NCBI GenBank assembly: GCA_015064255.1
Contig: SVSP01000003.1
Location: 60,044 to 124,043, forward strand
Length of the DNA: 64,000 bases
DNA from: Oscillospiraceae bacterium
GTDB taxonomy: Bacteria > Bacillota > Clostridia > Oscillospirales > CAG-272
Direction: 5' to 3'
Shown here piece by piece: positions 26,289 to 35,752 of this stretch; the first letter of the stretch is position 1; each line of letters begins with the position of its first letter. The notes beneath the pieces are model-generated. The model had not been told where the DNA came from, searched no databases, and saw nothing but the letters and a program-made list of their open reading frames with translations. The position numbers and the translations under genes are program-made.

Positions 26289-28358
26289 CTAAGTTCTGTT
26301 AAATCTTTTTTCGAGTTCATTTTCGGAAAGCTCGAAAGTACACGGACGACCGTGAGGGCAGTATTTAATATCGGGAATTTGGAAGAGTCGCTCGACTATC
26401 CAAGCATTGTTCGTCTCGTTATCTTCGATTCCCGCCTTCATAGCCGCCTTGCAGGACGCTTGATAAAGTGCTTTTTCAAAGACGATATCGCGTGTTACGA
26501 CCTCGTTGCCTGTGCCCGATGCAAGCTGATCGGCTATAACTATCAGCATATCGCGGGCATCCTGAACGTCGATAATAGACGGAACACGGCTGATTGATAT
26601 CTCTTTTCCGTTGTCACTCGCTTCGAAATCAAATCCGAATGCCTTTATATCGTCACCGTATTCGATAATTGCGGCAAATTCTTCACTTCCGAAGGTCACG
26701 CTTTCGGGAATTATGAGCATCTGAGAATGGCTCTCGCTGCTTCTGAGTATTCTCCTCATATCCTCGAAAAGTATTCTTTCGTGCGCGGCGTGCTTGTCGA
26801 CAACCATAACTTTGCCGTCAAGCTCAACAAATATATATGCGTGGAATGCAGTTCCAATTATTCTGTAAGATTTTTCTGCACTCCTTCTGCTTATCTGCTC
26901 TGCAGTCATATCCGACAGACTGAAAAGATATTTTTCTTCGGATTCTTCGTCGTTTTTTTCGGACACATTCGTATTTTCGGCAGTTTCTACGTACCGTACA
27001 TTTTCTTCCGAAGGTGCGACTTTTTCACTCTCTTCGGTAATTATTTTGTCTATATCAATAAATGTATTTCCGAACGTAGAGAAGTCAGACGCCGTACCGA
27101 ATGAAATATCAAGAATTCCCTTTGCAGGTGTGTCATACGTCTTTTCTTCTGCACCTTGCTCTTCTTTTTCGGGTACAAATGCCTTTACTTCTTCTTTTTC
27201 CTTTTCGAAAGCCTCGCTTCCGAGATTCTCGAAAATAGATTTCTGCTCGGTCTTCGGCTTGCCGTCTGACGCTATTCTGTCGTATATCGGCACGAAAGCA
27301 TTTACCGCGTCGTATTTTTCTGCCGTCACGTGCTTTGGCTGAAGCTGAATGTCGCTGTCGGGATTCATTCTGTGATTCATAAGCGCATTTTTCACAGCGC
27401 AGTAAACCGCATCGAATATAGACCTGTCATTTGAGAATTTAACCTCAAGCTTTGTAGGATGTACGTTCACGTCGACAAACGCGGGGTGAATGTATATATA
27501 CAGTATTCCGCAGGGAAATTTCGAGCTTTCAAGATAAGAATCAAACGCCTGCTCAAGCGCCGCAGACACGGTTTTGCTTCTTATATATCTACCGTTGATA
27601 AAAAATATCTGGAAATTTCGGTTAGGACGCACGTTTTCGGGGAGTCCTATATATCCGTTCACCTCGACGCCCTCGGTCATAGAGCGAACCTCTGCGAGCT
27701 TTGACGTAAATTCTTTTCCGAAAACAGCGCGAAGCACGCTCATTATATTTCCGTCGCCCGGTGTTCTGAATTTCTGCACCGAGTCGGATATCACGCTTAT
27801 TGATATATCGGGGCGGGAAAGTGCCTGTTTTTCAACGGCGGCAATTATTGCCATCGCTTCGGTAGCATCCTTTTTAAGGAATTTTCTTCTTGCGGGAACG
27901 TTAGAGAAAAGCTCTTCGACGATTATAGTAGTGCCGTTTCGACCTCCGCTTTCCGCAACATCGGTCACCTTTCCGAATTCGGACGTAAGCATAGTACCGA
28001 AATCATCCTCGGGACGCTTTGTCATAATTCTGACCTTTGACACAGAGGATATTGCGGCAAGTGCTTCTCCTCGGAAGCCGAGCGTCATTATCGAATCAAG
28101 GTCTGACGCCTTCGATATTTTACTCGTGGCGTGACGCTTCAGTGCAATCGGGATATCCTCGCGCGCGATTCCGCATCCGTTGTCGGTAACACGTATAAAG
28201 GTTATGCCGCCGTGCTTTATTTCTACTATTATTTCGGTCGCGCCCGCGTCTATCGAGTTTTCTACAAGCTCTTTTACCGCAGATGCAGGACGGTCTACTA
28301 CTTCTCCGGCGGCAATAAGGTTTGCCACCTGAAAGTCAAGCTGATTTATTATTCCCAT
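26289..28358 (-). CDS. mutL: DNA mismatch repair protein MutL
   Basis: GHKL ATPase N terminus (IAAGEVVDRPASAVKELVENSIDAG, TLGFRGEAL) and C-terminal dimerisation/endonuclease domain (VVDKHAAHERILFE, CPHGRP). Confidence 0.95.
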   Translation of the reverse strand: MGIINQLDFQVANLIAAGEVVDRPASAVKELVENSIDAGATEIIVEIKHGGITFIRVTDNGCGIAREDIPIALKRHATSKISKASDLDSIMTLGFRGEALAAISSVSKVRIMTKRPEDDFGTMLTSEFGKVTDVAESGGRNGTTIIVEELFSNVPARRKFLKKDATEAMAIIAAVEKQALSRPDISISVISDSVQKFRTPGDGNIMSVLRAVFGKEFTSKLAEVRSMTEGVEVNGYIGLPENVRPNRNFQIFFINGRYIRSKTVSAALEQAFDSYLESSKFPCGILYIYIHPAFVDVNVHPTKLEVKFSNDRSIFDAVYCAVKNALMNHRMNPDSDIQLQPKHVTAEKYDAVNAFVPIYDRIASDGKPKTEQKSIFENLGSEAFEKEKEEVKAFVPEKEEQGAEEKTYDTPAKGILDISFGTASDFSTFGNTFIDIDKIITEESEKVAPSEENVRYVETAENTNVSEKNDEESEEKYLFSLSDMTAEQISRRSAEKSYRIIGTAFHAYIFVELDGKVMVVDKHAAHERILFEDMRRILRSSESHSQMLIIPESVTFGSEEFAAIIEYGDDIKAFGFDFEASDNGKEISISRVPSIIDVQDARDMLIVIADQLASGTGNEVVTRDIVFEKALYQASCKAAMKAGIEDNETNNAWIVERLFQIPDIKYCPHGRPCTFELSENELEKRFNRT

Positions 28359-28407
28359 TTTTATGACAAATCCTTTCTTTTCCGTCGGTTATTTTTACTG
28401 TTTCACA

Positions 28408-30996
28408 TTATTGAAGCATCTTTTTTAGTTCGTACACAAAATTAAGTGCTTCTATCGGAGTAAGAGTTTCGACGTCGGTCTTTCTCAGCTTTTCGGCTAT
28501 ATCCTTTTCGATATAATCGTCTATTGAGAAGGACGCGATTCCTCTGTCTGTATTTTTCTTATGAGTTTCCACTCTCGCGCTTTCCGACTCGATTTTTGCA
28601 AGTATTTCCTTTGCGTGCTTAACGATTTCGCTTGGTACACCCGCAAGCTGTGCAACCTCTATACCGTAGCTGTCATCAGCCGCGCCTCTTACTATCTTGC
28701 GAAGGAATACTATACCTTTATCTTTTTTACGCGCGGTTATAGAGTAGTTTACTATACCGTCGCTTGTAGCTTCAAGCTCTGTAAGCTCGTGATAGTGTGT
28801 TGCAAAAAGTGTACGCGCGCCTATCTTTTTGCCTGCGGTATATTCTGCAACCGCACGCGCTATGCTCATTCCGTCAAAGGTAGATGTACCTCTGCCTATT
28901 TCATCGTATATTATAAGACTTCTTCGTGTTGCATTTTTCAGTATATAAGCTACCTCGCTCATTTCAAGCATAAAGGTAGACTGACCGCGCGCAAGGTCGT
29001 CCGATGCTCCTATACGCGTAAAGAGCTTATCTACGATACCGATTCTTGCGTCTCTTGCGGGAACGAAAGAGCCTATCTGCGCCATTACGCAAATGATCGC
29101 GACCTGACGCATATATGTCGATTTACCCGCCATATTCGGACCTGTTATCATAAGAAGGCGCGAAGAGCCCGTATCCGTATAGGTATCGTTCGGAACGAAG
29201 ATTTCTCCGTCCGAAAGGAATTTTTCGACAACCGGATGTCTACCGTCTTTTATATCTATGACTTCACTTACGTCGACCTCGGGGCAAATATATCCGTTTT
29301 CATAGGCAACCTGTGCGAGCGAGCGATAAACGTCTGTTTCGGCGATAATATCCGCCGCATCCTGTATTCTCTTTACGTTTTCGGTAAGAAGCTCGCGAAG
29401 CTTTGTGAAAAGCTCAAATTCGATAGCGTTTATCTTATCGGTCGCGCCGAGAATAGTTGCTTCAAGTTGTTTCAGCTCGTCGGTTATATATCTTTCTCCT
29501 GTCGTAAGCGTCTGTTTTCTTATATAAGTTTCGGGAACGTCGGGAATATTTGATTTTGATACCTCGATATAATAACCGAACACGCGATTATATCCTATCT
29601 TCATATTCTTTATGCCCGTTTTTTCCTTTTCCTCTGCTTCAAGCTTATCGAGATATTTCTTACTGTTTTTAAGAATGTCTCTCAGCTTATCAAGCTCGGA
29701 GTTTACTCCGTCAGATATAAATCCGCCCTCTCTTACCGAAAACGGCGGGTTTTCGACAATAGAGCCGTCTATCACGCGGAATATATCGTCAAGCACGTCA
29801 AGCTTTGAATATATCTTACCAAGCTTTGCCGACTTACAAAGAGAAAGTGTCTTCTTTATTTCGGGAAGATGTCCTATCGTATTTGCGATAGCGCGCATAT
29901 CCTTGGCGTTGGCACTTCCGTAAACGACCTTTGTCATAAGTCTTTCAAGGTCAAGCATACCTTTAAGATTTTCGTAAAGGTCATCTCTTATTATAAACTC
30001 GTCAAAAAGCTCTCGGACCGCGCTCTGACGCTCAAGTATCGCATTGGAATTAACAAGCGGCTGTTCTATCCACTTACGAAGCATTCTCGCCCCAAGTGAA
30101 GTACAGGTCTTATCAAGCACCCAAAGAAGAGTTCCCTTCTTTTCTTTTGTGCGCAGCGTTTCGCAAAGCTCAAGATTACGGCGTGTAGAAGCATCTATTT
30201 CAAGATACTGTCCGCACGAATATATTTCGGGTTTTCTGAAATAGGATATATCTATTTTCTGTGTTTCGGATATATAAGCACAAAGAGCTCCTATTGCCGA
30301 TACGATAAGTACGTCGCAGTCTGCGATTTCTTCCGAAGTCATCTGAAGTCCCGTCATAAGCATTTTACGGCAGATCGCAGGCTCAAAGGACTCTTTATCA
30401 CTTGCGCTGAAGAAGATATTTATTTTATTTTTTACAAGCGAGTAAAGCTCTGAGCCTTCTTCGAGAGGAACATTTGCGATAAGCTCTCTCGGCATATAGA
30501 CCGAAAGCTCACTTATGAGTGCGCTCTTATAGTTTTTTACTATTGTTGCGCGGATTTCACCCGTAGAAACGTCAGCAAAGCAAAGCGAAGCATCGTTCCC
30601 GTTTATGCAAACCGATGCAAGATAGTTATTCTTACCCTCGGTAAGCTGATTTGTATCTGTCACCGTACCCGGAGTAATAGTTCTTACCACCTCACGCTTT
30701 ACAAGTCCCTTTGTCGTCGCGGGGTCTTCTGTCTGCTCACAAATTACTACCTTATAGCCTCTCTCGACCAGCTTTCCTATGTAAATGTCCGCGCTGTGAT
30801 AGGGTACCCCGCACATCGGAGCGCGTTCAACGTCCCCGCACAGCTTACCCGTAAGCGTAAGGTCAAGCTCACGCGAAACAAGCTTTGCGTCGTCATAAAA
30901 CATTTCATAGAAGTCGCCAAGACGGAAGAAAAGTATCGCATCTTCATTCTGACTTTTTATTTGCAGATATTGCTGCATCATCGGCGAAAGTGCCAT
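28408..30996 (-). CDS. mutS: DNA mismatch repair protein MutS
   Basis: N terminus MMQQYLQIKSQNEDAILFFRLGDFYEMF, Walker A ITGPNMAGKST and the STFMLEMSE motif. 862 aa. Confidence 0.95.
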   Translation of the reverse strand: MALSPMMQQYLQIKSQNEDAILFFRLGDFYEMFYDDAKLVSRELDLTLTGKLCGDVERAPMCGVPYHSADIYIGKLVERGYKVVICEQTEDPATTKGLVKREVVRTITPGTVTDTNQLTEGKNNYLASVCINGNDASLCFADVSTGEIRATIVKNYKSALISELSVYMPRELIANVPLEEGSELYSLVKNKINIFFSASDKESFEPAICRKMLMTGLQMTSEEIADCDVLIVSAIGALCAYISETQKIDISYFRKPEIYSCGQYLEIDASTRRNLELCETLRTKEKKGTLLWVLDKTCTSLGARMLRKWIEQPLVNSNAILERQSAVRELFDEFIIRDDLYENLKGMLDLERLMTKVVYGSANAKDMRAIANTIGHLPEIKKTLSLCKSAKLGKIYSKLDVLDDIFRVIDGSIVENPPFSVREGGFISDGVNSELDKLRDILKNSKKYLDKLEAEEKEKTGIKNMKIGYNRVFGYYIEVSKSNIPDVPETYIRKQTLTTGERYITDELKQLEATILGATDKINAIEFELFTKLRELLTENVKRIQDAADIIAETDVYRSLAQVAYENGYICPEVDVSEVIDIKDGRHPVVEKFLSDGEIFVPNDTYTDTGSSRLLMITGPNMAGKSTYMRQVAIICVMAQIGSFVPARDARIGIVDKLFTRIGASDDLARGQSTFMLEMSEVAYILKNATRRSLIIYDEIGRGTSTFDGMSIARAVAEYTAGKKIGARTLFATHYHELTELEATSDGIVNYSITARKKDKGIVFLRKIVRGAADDSYGIEVAQLAGVPSEIVKHAKEILAKIESESARVETHKKNTDRGIASFSIDDYIEKDIAEKLRKTDVETLTPIEALNFVYELKKMLQ

Positions 30997-31017
30997 AATT
31001 TTAAATCCTTTTCTTTT

Positions 31018-31100
31018 GGGAAACTTTTTGAAAAAAGTTTCCCAAACCCTTCAAAAACTTTACTAAAAAATAATACTTAAATCGAAGGCGCAGTTTGCGG
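31018..31100 (+). repeat. Intergenic repeat family copy 3 (core 31022-31039)
   Basis: GGGA-AACTTTTTGAAAAAAGTT-TCCC, then AAACCCTTCAAAAACTTTACTAAAAAATAATACTTAAATCGAAGGCGCAGTTTGCGG. Confidence 0.8.
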
Positions 31101-31190
31101 TTTTGCGTCAGCAAAATGCACACGGCTGTGTGCAAGCGAAACTGCCAAGCGACGGCGTTGCCGTCGGTTTAACCCTATCAAAAACTTTCT

Positions 31191-31279
31191 GCGAGACAAC
31201 TTTTTGAAAAAAGTTTTCTCGCACTCTTTCAAAAACTTTACTAAAAAATATTACTTAAATCGGAGGGGGTGAAACTGCC
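31191..31279 (+). repeat. Intergenic repeat family copy 4 (core 31198-31215), 176 nt after copy 3
   Basis: GCGAGAC-AACTTTTTGAAAAAAGTT-TTCTCGC, then ACTCTTTCAAAAACTTTACTAAAAAATATTACTTAAATCGGAGGGGGTGAAACTGCC. Confidence 0.8.
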
Positions 31280-31301
31280 AAATCACGCCGTACGCGATTT
31301 T

Positions 31302-31691
31302 TTAATGGCAGCCGCCGCAGGTAGAGCAGTCGTGTGTGCATCCGCCCTCTTCTTCTCCGCCGTTAGCCTGTCTTACTACCTCGCTGATAAGGTTGGAAAT
31401 AAGGTTATTATACGCTTCCTGCGCCGCCTCGTATTCCTTATAAATTTCGTGATTAATGATCTGATCGTATATCTCGTTAAGACGCTTGTCTATCGCGGAA
31501 ATAAGTGCCTCGTCCTTTACTTCAAGCGCACCGTGCTCTTCAAGCACCTTCTGCTGTACCTGATATTCTGTAAATGCAGAGCGAAGCTCGGGATTTTCCG
31601 CATATGCCTTCGCTGCGTTTTCAAGTCTTTGTCCTGCCTCGGATGATCTGATTCTCTGTCCGAGTATTGCTGCCATTTCGATAAGTTCCAT
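31302..31691 (-). CDS. ylbF: YlbF/YmcA (RicF/RicA)-family regulatory protein with a Cys-rich C-terminal tail
   Basis: All-helical 129-aa protein with the family-typical segments (AYAENPELRSAFTEYQ, INHEIYKEYEAAQEAYN). It sits in the conserved miaB-ylbF-mutS context and ends in CTHDCSTCGGCH. Confidence 0.7.
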   Translation of the reverse strand: MELIEMAAILGQRIRSSEAGQRLENAAKAYAENPELRSAFTEYQVQQKVLEEHGALEVKDEALISAIDKRLNEIYDQIINHEIYKEYEAAQEAYNNLISNLISEVVRQANGGEEEGGCTHDCSTCGGCH

Positions 31692-31716
31692 TTTATTTTT
31701 CTCCTTTAATATAACT

Positions 31717-33138
31717 TTATTTTATAAGTTCACCCGAAAGCGAAAACGTTTCCGCCTCGGTTATTTTTATATTTGCAAAATTTCCGATAAGGCTGTCATC
31801 GCCCGTGAAATGCACGAGGCGGTTCTTTTCGTTTCTGCCTGTCAGCTTATCGGGATTTGTCTTACTTCTGCCCTCTACAAGCACCTTTTGTACTGTGCCG
31901 AGGTAGATATTATTTTTTCCGTTTGATATTGCATTCTGCTTTTCGAGCATCCTTGCAAAGCGTTCTTTTTTAACCTTTTCGGGAATCTGGCTTGCCATTA
32001 CCGCCGCTTTCGTACCCTTTCGCTTTGAATATATAAACGAATAGATATTATCGTATCCGACCTTTTCGAGCATATCGAGAGTTCCTTCGAAATCCTCTTC
32101 GCTCTCACCGGGGAAACCGACGATTATATCGGTGGTTATCGCAATATCGGGCATCTTTTCGCGCATATAATTTACAAGTCCGAGATATGTTTCTCTGTCG
32201 TAATGACGGTTCATTTCACTGAGAATCCTATCGCTTCCCGACTGAAGGGGCAAATGGAATGCTTTTGCTATTTTCGGATTTTTCGCCATCGTATCTATTA
32301 ACTTATGAGAGGCATCCTTCGGGTGGCTCGTCATAAAGCGCACGATGAAATTGCCCTCTATCTTGCAAATATCATCGAGAAGATCTGCAAAATCGTAAGA
32401 TTCTTCGAAATCCTTGCCGTAAGAGTTTACGTTCTGACCGAGCAGAGTTATTTCGCGGCAACCGCTGTCGGAAAGCTCTTTTATCTCCGCAAGTACCTCG
32501 TTTTTATCGCGACTTCTCTCGCGTCCTCTTACGTAAGGCACAACGCAGTAGGTACAGAAATTATTACAGCCGTACATTATCGACACCCACGCCTTGAAGC
32601 TTGATTCTCTCTTAACGGGAAGTCCTTCGGCAATATTTCCGATGTCGCCGCAGTCAAGATAATACTGTCTTTTCTGTTTTATCATACAGTTATAGAGTAT
32701 TTCGGGGAAACGCCAATTCATACTCGTTCCGAAAAGGAAGTTTATATAGGGATATTTATTTTTTATATCCTCTTTTCTGTGCTCCTGTGACACCATACAG
32801 CCGCCTACACCGATTATAAGATGCTTTTTCTTTTCTTTAAGGTGCTTGAACTGACCCGTGATAGAGAGTGCGCGAAGCTCCGCGTGCTCTCTTACCGCGC
32901 AGGTATTTACGATTATTATATCGGCAAGAGCAGGATCGTAAGTCTGAACATATCCCATACGGACGAGCATACCCATTATTCTTTCGCTGTCCGCTTCATT
33001 CTGCTGACAGCCGAAGGTTTCTACGTACGCGTAGTGAGTTTCCTGCATCCTGTCTGCAAGAAGTGCCTTCACCTTGTCCATATATTCATACTGTTCTTTA
33101 ATTTTTTCAGGGGATATTACTATATTTTTTCTTTCCAT
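31717..33138 (-). CDS. miaB: tRNA (N6-isopentenyl-A37)-C2-methylthiotransferase MiaB
   Basis: N-terminal UPF0004 Cys triad (TFGCQQNE..VNTCAVRE), radical-SAM CNNFCTYC and a C-terminal TRAM domain. Confidence 0.95.
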   Translation of the reverse strand: MERKNIVISPEKIKEQYEYMDKVKALLADRMQETHYAYVETFGCQQNEADSERIMGMLVRMGYVQTYDPALADIIIVNTCAVREHAELRALSITGQFKHLKEKKKHLIIGVGGCMVSQEHRKEDIKNKYPYINFLFGTSMNWRFPEILYNCMIKQKRQYYLDCGDIGNIAEGLPVKRESSFKAWVSIMYGCNNFCTYCVVPYVRGRERSRDKNEVLAEIKELSDSGCREITLLGQNVNSYGKDFEESYDFADLLDDICKIEGNFIVRFMTSHPKDASHKLIDTMAKNPKIAKAFHLPLQSGSDRILSEMNRHYDRETYLGLVNYMREKMPDIAITTDIIVGFPGESEEDFEGTLDMLEKVGYDNIYSFIYSKRKGTKAAVMASQIPEKVKKERFARMLEKQNAISNGKNNIYLGTVQKVLVEGRSKTNPDKLTGRNEKNRLVHFTGDDSLIGNFANIKITEAETFSLSGELIK

Positions 33139-33183
33139 TTTGTCTTTTTATTTTCCGTTTTTCAGTAGTTGTATATCTTATTT

Positions 33184-33212
33184 ATTATATCAGAAAATTT
33201 ATCATTTTACAA
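33184..33212 (-). promoter_or_regulatory. Sigma-A promoter (TTGTAA-17-TATAAT) for miaB
   Basis: Minus strand: TTGTAA (33212-33207), 17-nt spacer, TATAAT (33189-33184). Confidence 0.6.
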
Positions 33213-33249
33213 GTGAAATCGACCGAAAAAGTGCAAATTTATTTATTTT

Positions 33250-34041
33250 TCAGCCGAGAAGCTCGGAAAGACTTCTGCCGTCTGCGCAAAGGTCGATATT
33301 CTTTCTCTTCGACTCCTCAAAAATCGGCATAAGTACCTCGGCGAGCTTCGCCGCGTCGCAAACTATTGTATCGGCAAGACCTATTTTTGAAATATGCGTA
33401 GCTCCTGCGTCAGCAAGAAGCTCGGTAAATTTAACGAAGTTTGCCGAAACGTCGGGAGTACCGGGAGTGTAATGACTTCTCGACGGATGGCTTCTTGAAA
33501 CTCCGTTTTTATCTACTACGACAAAAGGAATTTCCTGCGCTGTAAGACGATTCGGAATATCGACCCTCTCGTCTATCGAATGGATATACGTATTTCTGTT
33601 GTGTCCTACGCCGATGAGAAGGATTTTTGCCTTTTCGTCGTAAAGTCTGCCCCAACAGCCCTTTGGCGGCGTGGGAGTATGGCTGTCGCTCTCGTTTGCG
33701 ATATATTCCTCTGCTCTTTTTCCGAATGCCGCAAGCGAATGTGTCGGATGAAGAGAGCGTGCAGCATCTTTATGAAAGGCTGCGACGGTAGGAAGCGTAC
33801 CGATACAAGGTAATGTTGTTCTTACGTCAAATACAGGAGAATCTTTATGCACGTTTGCCCACGTGTGTGTGGGAATAAGAAGCAGTCCGTCAGAGAGATA
33901 TTCGCGAAACGCCGCGATAAGCCCATCCGCCCTTCCATCGACCTCACCAAGCGCATGAAGTGAGGAATGTATCATAACGGTATCGCTCGGAGCGATGCCC
34001 GATTTTTCTATCTGCTCAAGTAAGGTTTTGTAATTTGTCAT
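33250..34041 (-). CDS. AAC(3)-family aminoglycoside N-acetyltransferase homologue (YokD-like)
   Basis: SDTVMIHSSLHALGEV..LLIPTHTW..TLPCIGTLP..HPTHSLAAFG follows the AAC(3) fold pattern. Start at MTNYK (ATG 34041, AAAGGAAA RBS); the track ORF start is a TTG inside the RBS. Confidence 0.75.
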   Translation of the reverse strand: MTNYKTLLEQIEKSGIAPSDTVMIHSSLHALGEVDGRADGLIAAFREYLSDGLLLIPTHTWANVHKDSPVFDVRTTLPCIGTLPTVAAFHKDAARSLHPTHSLAAFGKRAEEYIANESDSHTPTPPKGCWGRLYDEKAKILLIGVGHNRNTYIHSIDERVDIPNRLTAQEIPFVVVDKNGVSRSHPSRSHYTPGTPDVSANFVKFTELLADAGATHISKIGLADTIVCDAAKLAEVLMPIFEESKRKNIDLCADGRSLSELLG

Positions 34042-34278
34042 AACAAATTTTCCTTTCAAAATGTCGTATTACGTATAAACATACCGAGTAAAATTATATC
34101 ATTACTCATCACCTTTGTCAACATTGAAAGTCAACACTATATGTTAATATTTTCACATCCGAAACAAGAAGACCAACCAAATATGTTTTGTGTTTTAATT
34201 TATTTTATAAAAGCGTATGCGGTAGCTTAATATTTAAAATATATCATCACAACGGCTAACAAAAATATATCTGAAATA

Positions 34279-34307
34279 TTGACATAGCGGTATATTTATG
34301 TTATAAT
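34279..34307 (+). promoter_or_regulatory. Perfect-consensus sigma-A promoter of the rnf operon
   Basis: TTGACA at 34279-34284, 17-nt spacer, TGtTATAAT with TATAAT at 34302-34307. Confidence 0.75.
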
Positions 34308-34381
34308 ACACAAAATCGATCAATAAAATTAGATAATAATTGACAAAAATATAACAATCATTAAAAAGGAGACTAGATAAT

Positions 34382-35716
34382 ATGTTTTCTTTGAAACTTA
34401 AAAAAACGTTGATGCCGGGCGGAACGTTACTGCCGCACTTCAAGGGCACGTCGGGAATCAAGCCGGTCCGTATGCCCGCGCCCGCTTCGGTTATAATCCC
34501 AATGTCGATGCATATAGGAGCGCCCGCACAGCTTGCAGTAAAACTCGGCGACCACGTGGACGTCGGACAGCTTATCGCATCTGCACCAAGCTTTGTCAGC
34601 GCACCGATATATGCAAGTATTTCAGGTACGGTCAAAAAAATAGATACAGTTTTATCAAGCACTGGAAGCTCAGTCCAGTCGGTACAGATCGAATCTGACG
34701 GTCTTATGACTCCTTATGCAGGACTTAAAGCTCCCGAGGTGACAGACTATACTTCCTTTATCGCCGCTGTCCGCGAAAGCGGTGCGGTCGGTCTCGGAGG
34801 AGCAGGCTTCCCTACCGCCGTCAAGCTCGACGTAAAGGACACGAGCAGAATTTCCGAGATCGTAATCAACGGTGCGGAATGTGAACCTTACATAACAAGC
34901 GACACACGCACTATGCTCGACCGTGTTGACGATATAAAATACGGTATCGAGCTGCTTGAAAAATATCTCGATGCAAAAAAGATAATCTTCGGTATAGAGT
35001 CAAACAAGCCCGAATGTATCGCCGAGATGAAAAAGCTTGCCGACGAGGATCCGAAGATCGAAGTTGTTTCTCTTCCTTCAAGATACCCTCAGGGCGGTGA
35101 AAAGGTGCTCGTATATAACACAACGGGAAAGCTCATTCCCGAAGGAAAGCTTCCGATAGACGTAGGCTCTGTCGTTCTCAACTGCACCACCCTCGCATTT
35201 ATCGCATCCTACATCAAAACAGGTATGCCTCTCGTTGAAAAATGCGTTACGGTTGCAGGCGGTGCCGTGAAAAATCCTCAGAACGTCATAGTACCTATCG
35301 GAACAAGACTTCGCGACGTATTCGATTTCTGCGGCGGTCTTGTATGCGAGCCGAAGAAAGTTCTTTGGGGCGGCCCTATGATGGGTATAAGCGTACCCGA
35401 TCTCGATGAAACGATACTGAAAAACACAAATGCAATACTTGCACTCACCGACAAAGAATCCCCGAGTGTCAAAACGACCTCCTGTATCCGTTGCGGAAGC
35501 TGTATAAACGCTTGTCCTCTCCATCTTGATCCGACAGCTTTCACAAGAGCTTACAATAACAAAGACGGTGCACAGCTTGAAGCTCTTCACATCGGTATGT
35601 GTATGGAATGCGGATGCTGTTCGTTTGTATGCCCAGCAAAACAGCCTCTCGTTCAGCGCAACAGACTTGCCAAGGCTGTTATGAAGCAGTATCAGGCATC
35701 AAAGCCCAAGAATTAA
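34382..35716 (+). CDS. rnfC: Rnf electron-transport complex subunit C
   Basis: NADH/FMN-binding core (GLGGAGFPT, INGAECEPY) and two 4Fe-4S motifs (CIRCGSCINACP, CMECGCCSFVCP). Confidence 0.95.
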   Translation: MFSLKLKKTLMPGGTLLPHFKGTSGIKPVRMPAPASVIIPMSMHIGAPAQLAVKLGDHVDVGQLIASAPSFVSAPIYASISGTVKKIDTVLSSTGSSVQSVQIESDGLMTPYAGLKAPEVTDYTSFIAAVRESGAVGLGGAGFPTAVKLDVKDTSRISEIVINGAECEPYITSDTRTMLDRVDDIKYGIELLEKYLDAKKIIFGIESNKPECIAEMKKLADEDPKIEVVSLPSRYPQGGEKVLVYNTTGKLIPEGKLPIDVGSVVLNCTTLAFIASYIKTGMPLVEKCVTVAGGAVKNPQNVIVPIGTRLRDVFDFCGGLVCEPKKVLWGGPMMGISVPDLDETILKNTNAILALTDKESPSVKTTSCIRCGSCINACPLHLDPTAFTRAYNNKDGAQLEALHIGMCMECGCCSFVCPAKQPLVQRNRLAKAVMKQYQASKPKN

Positions 35717-35752
35717 CGTCGTATGATTAAATCAGGAAAGGACAACAAGATT

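Noticed and set aside
26126-26597. Track ORFs 26126-26320 (-) and 26226-26597 (+) in and beside the mutL-thrS gap.
   Set aside because: They are translations of the repeat element and of the antisense strand of the mutL 3' end. There is no RBS, and the peptides (..KNFLKKVSKNFKNF..) simply mirror the palindromic repeat.
31018-31279. Could the tandem repeat pair be a minimal CRISPR array?
   Set aside because: There are only two units and the period is 176 nt. The shared part is about 85 nt long, the other copies are dispersed and in both orientations, and there are no cas genes.
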